Shown: positions 59,913 to 64,000 of the stretch, piece by piece | Position numbering within the stretch: position 1 is the stretch's first letter | How the letters are laid out: each line of letters starts with the position of its first letter | Assembly: GCA_965238005.1 (NCBI GenBank) | Contig: OZ250165.1 | Coordinates: 32,001 to 96,000 of the forward strand | Direction of reading: 5' to 3' | Length of the DNA stretch: 64,000 nucleotides | Source of the DNA: Longimicrobiales bacterium | GTDB taxonomy: Bacteria > Gemmatimonadota > Gemmatimonadetes > Longimicrobiales > Gaopeijiaceae | Translations under genes and position numbers: made by a program | Notes under the pieces: generated by a model | Seen by the model: the letters and a program-made list of their open reading frames with translations, nothing else | What the model was told of the DNA's origin: nothing | The model's database searches: none

Positions 59913-62309
59913 TCAGTATCGCAGTAGCCGAGTGACCTTCACGGCCAGGGCCCGCGTCCTTAGTCCGGTGCCGCCCGGTGCCTGGTCCCGCTCGTCCGTC
60001 CAGACGAGGAAGAGCTCGCTTCCCCGACTGTACTCCCAGCGGAAGCGGAGATTGCTGGAGAGGATCCAATCCGCCGTGTTGTACTGCATGAGGGCACTGG
60101 CGAACATCCGGGGAGTGAACGCGTAGTCCGACCGCAACCGCAGCACGGTCTGGTTGGCCTCGCCCTGGGGCAGGTCGAGGAGGTTGAGGCTGACACCGGG
60201 CTCGATGGAGAGCTGGTTGGTGACCACCAGCCTGCCCTGGTTGACGGAAATCGCGCGGATCGTGCCATCGTAGAAGTCTCCCCACTGGAACGCCACCGTT
60301 CCCGAGACCCGTCGCTGCTCCCCCAGTCGGTACGAGGCCCGATAGCTCGTGAAGGCGTACGAGCCGGCTCCGATCTCGATGTCCGACCCCACCGGGAAGG
60401 GACTCGCGATGCGCTCGAACTCTCGGGTCGCCTCCAGCGTGAACCGGTCGCTGTTCTCCAGCTCGGCGTTGAAGCGGCCCTGGTGCTTGCGCGACTCGAC
60501 CACTCCGGCGCTGTTCTCGAAGTAGTCGAGGCTGGCTTGCCAGGTGAGCTTCCGGATCCATTCGATCGACGCGGGTCGGGGGCTGAAGCGGAGGCTTCCT
60601 GAAGACTTCGTGAAGTCGCTCCGGCGCACGAACCCGACCCCGGGGTTGAAGTCGGCTCCTACCTTGAGGCGTGTCGCGCTGGCCCCGTATTTGTCCCCGT
60701 TGTATTGCCCCGCGACTTGATAGCTCTCGTCGTCCCCGTCCAGCGACGGTGTCTCCGTGCGGGCGTAGTAGCCACCGAGCTGGAGGTTGGTGAAAAAGGC
60801 GAACGACGCGTCCGCACCGTACGCCTGGTTGGCACCGCTCCCGTCCACGGCCACCGAACGGTTGGTAAACAGAGCCCCGATCGAGCTTCGCCGCAGGATG
60901 TCGCGCTTCACCCGGACGACGGAGTAGTTCGTCTCGGTGACCCCGGCCGCGTCATTGGCGCCGGTCTGGATGTTCATCGCTCCGATGGCGTAGCTACCCA
61001 CCTTGCCGGTCACGCGGCCCCCGGCCTGGATCGGGATGACCTCGCCGCGGTCTAAGCCGATCCGTCTCGAATAGAAGACCGTCGGTGCGTCGCTCCCACC
61101 CCGGAACCGCCGGCCCACACCACGGCCACGGAAGAACCCACCGGCTCCCCCCCGGCCGAAGTCGAACGTCCCCCGACCCTCGAGGAAGAAGTCGCGCTTC
61201 TCGGGGAAGAACAGGCTGAAGCGCGTGAGATTGACTTGCTGCTCGTCTACTTCGACCTGAGCGAAGTCGGTGTTCAGCGTCACATCGGCCGTGAGGTTCG
61301 CCGTAATGCCGTACTTGAGGTCGATGCCGACGTCGGCGTCGACGACGTTGCTGGTCGCGGGATCCGACAGACGATTCGTCGTGAGGTCCGAGATCGCGTA
61401 GGGCTTGACCTCGAGGTTGTTCCCCGCCGGGGGCAGCTCCAGGCCCACGATCGTGCCCGCGGACGAGATGCGGTTGAGTCCCTGGGGCCCGGCCATGGAG
61501 GGCGGGACGGGGCTGAGGTATGCCCACTCGTTCTTATGCCGGATCGCCCGGCGAAGCTGGACTCCCCACAGCCGGTCGGAGCCGGAAAGGTAGCGCAGCG
61601 ACTTGAACGGAATCGCCATCTCGACGATCCACCCGCCCTCGAAGCGGCCACCGGCGACGTCCCACACGGGATTCCAGTCGCGGTTGACCTGACCTTCGTC
61701 GACGATCGAGTAGTCCGCTCGCGCGCCGAGCTCGTTAGCGTAGAACATGAAGCCGCTGCGGCGGTCGTAAAACGTGTCGAACATCACGCCGAAGTGCTCG
61801 TTGTTCCTGAGCCCGGAAGCGTCCCTACGGAGCTCGTTGACGACCCATTCTTCGGGCGGAGACGAGTCCCAGCAACGACACGTGACGTACACGTTGGCGT
61901 TGTCGTAGCTGAGCCAAACATCCGATCGCTCGGAGGACGGTGCATCGGCGACGGGCACGACCTGAATGAAGTCCCCGAACGGGGGATGGTCCGAGTAGAC
62001 CGCCTCCTCGAGCTTGCCGTCGAGGACCAAGGGCTCGTCGAGCCGGATGGCGCGGACCGTCGGGCGCCCAAGTGTGTCACGCGTGATCGTCCTCGGAGCC
62101 ACGGGTGGAGGGGCGCCGTCGATGGCGGCCCCACCCGCGACCGATCCACTGTCCGCTTGTTGCGCGGAAGCTCCGCTTGCTAAGCAGAGGACAACCATCA
62201 GCGACCCCTCGGCCAAAGCGAACGCGCGTGCGCGTTTGCGGCTCCCGTTCCGGCGTACGGCCCGCTCACCGCCATGCGATGCGGATCTTCGACTGGTGCT
62301 CAATGTCAT
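59913..62309 (-). CDS. DUF5916 / CBM9-like domain outer-membrane protein
   Basis: LDGKLEE, EMAIPFKSLRY, NTDFAQVEVD.QQVNLTRFSLFFPEKRDFFLEG, beta-rich C-terminus; start uncertain. Confidence 0.85.
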   Translation of the reverse strand: MTLSTSRRSASHGGERAVRRNGSRKRARAFALAEGSLMVVLCLASGASAQQADSGSVAGGAAIDGAPPPVAPRTITRDTLGRPTVRAIRLDEPLVLDGKLEEAVYSDHPPFGDFIQVVPVADAPSSERSDVWLSYDNANVYVTCRCWDSSPPEEWVVNELRRDASGLRNNEHFGVMFDTFYDRRSGFMFYANELGARADYSIVDEGQVNRDWNPVWDVAGGRFEGGWIVEMAIPFKSLRYLSGSDRLWGVQLRRAIRHKNEWAYLSPVPPSMAGPQGLNRISSAGTIVGLELPPAGNNLEVKPYAISDLTTNRLSDPATSNVVDADVGIDLKYGITANLTADVTLNTDFAQVEVDEQQVNLTRFSLFFPEKRDFFLEGRGTFDFGRGGAGGFFRGRGVGRRFRGGSDAPTVFYSRRIGLDRGEVIPIQAGGRVTGKVGSYAIGAMNIQTGANDAAGVTETNYSVVRVKRDILRRSSIGALFTNRSVAVDGSGANQAYGADASFAFFTNLQLGGYYARTETPSLDGDDESYQVAGQYNGDKYGASATRLKVGADFNPGVGFVRRSDFTKSSGSLRFSPRPASIEWIRKLTWQASLDYFENSAGVVESRKHQGRFNAELENSDRFTLEATREFERIASPFPVGSDIEIGAGSYAFTSYRASYRLGEQRRVSGTVAFQWGDFYDGTIRAISVNQGRLVVTNQLSIEPGVSLNLLDLPQGEANQTVLRLRSDYAFTPRMFASALMQYNTADWILSSNLRFRWEYSRGSELFLVWTDERDQAPGGTGLRTRALAVKVTRLLRY

Positions 62310-62633
62310 GGCCACAAGTGTAACGACGCTCCGCAGAGCGACAAGATCCCCCGCTCTCCGCGCCACTTCCCCTCTGCCGATCGTTCCAAATGATTCCCTA
62401 TGGACGCGCGCCGAGCGCAGCCCGAATGCCGATCTCGCGTATGCGCCGTACCCGAACCGGTGAGGTGGCCGGGGGTGCCATGGGATCGGAGGGTTTCTGG
62501 GAGGCGCCGGACCCGGACCACGAGGCGGGTGCTCTGTGGGTATTTGGATGGTCTCGCGACTCGCCGAGTGTGGCTCGTGGTGGACTACCAACTTCCTTGG
62601 CACTCTCGACACGGAGCCCAGTGACCCATACGT

Positions 62634-62732
62634 ACGACCTAACTCAAAAGATACGTACGCCTTGCCTGTCGAACCTCACTCCCGTAGCAGCGTCCCATCC
62701 GGCCCGATGAACCGAGCCGGTCTGAGCCTGAG
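62634..62732. repeat. ~99-bp direct repeat, copy 2 (3' end of the 62676..63434 gene plus downstream DNA)
   Basis: Matches 56870-56967. Confidence 0.88.
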
Positions 62733-63434
62733 GTAGTCTCTGAACTGAGCGACAGCGAAGATCACGCCCACGAGGTGGAGCTCGGAGCCTCGCTGCACGA
62801 ACCCCGGCCCGCCGCTCAACCCGCCGAGATCCGCAAGGGCGTCCATCCTCTGCGGGCCCTCGCCTTCGAGCCAATAGTCCCAGCTCGGCTCGCACACGAT
62901 GTTCTCGATGCCGACGTCGATGACGCGCGATGTCCCCAGAGCGAACGCGCCGGAAGACGGGAACCCGAAGTCAGCGTGTCGCTGACAATTCTCTCTGCGA
63001 TAGAAGCTGGGCCATCCGCCCAGGGCGATGAGCTCCCCCGGCTCGGCGGTCCCCAGCGGCCACGTGGCCGGCTCGAAGAACTCGGGCTCACCGGCACCGA
63101 GGACCAAATGGCTGGGGTGCACGTCATGGAGATCGAGGATGGCGAGATCGAGGATCGGGTCCTCGGCTATCAGGCGATCCAGGGGGTCCAGCGGGAGCTC
63201 TCCTACCTTGAAGACCCGGCTCGCGTTGAGGCGCCGTTGCTCCCGATAGGCATCGATCACGTGATGGCAAGTGACGCCCACTCGTCCATCCGGGAGCTCG
63301 AGGAGCGTCATCGTGCCGTTGTTCGGGGGCATCGGATCGACGGTGCCGGACGGGTCACTAAAGGACACGGGCGCGACGAAGCGCATCGGCAAGCGAGCCA
63401 GCTCAGCCTTTAGACCGGCGTCGTGAAATCGCAT
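62676..63434 (-). CDS. Trypsin-like serine protease domain protein
   Basis: GVTCHHV (His), DLAIL (Asp), GLSGGP (Ser) in catalytic-triad order. Confidence 0.7.
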   Translation of the reverse strand: MRFHDAGLKAELARLPMRFVAPVSFSDPSGTVDPMPPNNGTMTLLELPDGRVGVTCHHVIDAYREQRRLNASRVFKVGELPLDPLDRLIAEDPILDLAILDLHDVHPSHLVLGAGEPEFFEPATWPLGTAEPGELIALGGWPSFYRRENCQRHADFGFPSSGAFALGTSRVIDVGIENIVCEPSWDYWLEGEGPQRMDALADLGGLSGGPGFVQRGSELHLVGVIFAVAQFRDYLRLRPARFIGPDGTLLRE

Positions 63435-63460
63435 GGCCTCAAGCTATACGCGCCGGCCCG

Positions 63461-64000
63461 CTACCCCTCGAAGCGGGACAGGCGGTAGGGCTCCAGCATC
63501 TCCACTTGTACGCCGTCCAGGATCTCGCTTGCCACCAACCGTCCCACCAGCGGAGCGAGGGTGACACCGCTGTGCATCACGGCCACGTAGACGTCGGGCG
63601 CACCCTCAGAGAAGCCCAGCACCGGGAAGCCGTCTTCCGGCACGGGGCGCCAGCCGATGGTGTGCCGCGCGAGCCCGACGCCTTCGGCCTCCGGGATCAG
63701 CTCCTTCGCCCGATGAAGAATCTCCTCGGCCTGCCCCCCGGGGTCATCGGACACCGGCCTCCCGCTGAATCCCCCCGACACGACGATGGAGCCATCGAGC
63801 TTCTGCTTCATGGCGCCGCCGGGTGCCAGGACCACCCTCCCCAGGACGCGAGGCCCCGGGGCGCTGTGTGCCAGGAGTCCCGGGGAGTCCCTCAGGGGAA
63901 CGTGCAGCCCGGCCATGGCGGCCAGCCTCGGCGTGTCCACACCGGCGGCGATCACGAGAGCGTCCGCCTCCAGAGGCCCCAGGCTCGTCTCCACCCGTTG
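63461..64000 (-). CDS. FAD-dependent oxidoreductase (DAO/glycine oxidase family), C-terminal part
   Basis: ADALVIAAG, GWRPVPEDGFPVLG, HSGVTLAP; runs off the window end. Confidence 0.85.
   Translation of the reverse strand, partial: QRVETSLGPLEADALVIAAGVDTPRLAAMAGLHVPLRDSPGLLAHSAPGPRVLGRVVLAPGGAMKQKLDGSIVVSGGFSGRPVSDDPGGQAEEILHRAKELIPEAEGVGLARHTIGWRPVPEDGFPVLGFSEGAPDVYVAVMHSGVTLAPLVGRLVASEILDGVQVEMLEPYRLSRFEG

Noticed and set aside
56870..62732. Integron attC sites
   Set aside because: Only one copy has GTTRRRY; there is no matching RYYYAAC, no attC-like palindrome and no intI in the window.

Overview
High-GC bacterial chromosomal window. Several protein families look Gemmatimonadota-like, but this is an inference from protein style, not a database result. 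Bases 1-44.4 kb are mostly housekeeping genes: DsbA/CcdA, PduO, ferredoxin, bacilliredoxin, FadI, Ogt, a complete sufC-B-D-Rieske-S-U operon with a Fur-box-like site, an M6 protease, an ECF sigma/anti-sigma pair, PabB/C, LigA-PolX and FabI. Mobile DNA is scattered through this part. Three copies of a ~170-185 bp fold-back MITE have YTAG ends. An IS110-family (IS1111-type) element at 15264-16969 has 11-bp subterminal inverted repeats, a reconstructable target site and a 3' non-coding region with candidate target and donor guide segments (seekRNA/bridge RNA). The last 248 bp of that non-coding region are tandemly duplicated. tRNA-Glu(CTC) and tRNA-Val(CAC) lie at 44.5-44.7 kb. They are followed by a tyrosine-integrase remnant and an accessory, partly decayed region: an amber-interrupted Na+/solute symporter, DUF3500, a TPR protein, a frameshifted cyclase-STAND ATPase, acs-acuI, a nitronate monooxygenase, DUF3047, DUF5916 and a trypsin-like protein. 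Internal deletions, short tandem duplications and duplicated gene 3' ends recur across the window. All calls were made by eye, with no searches run.
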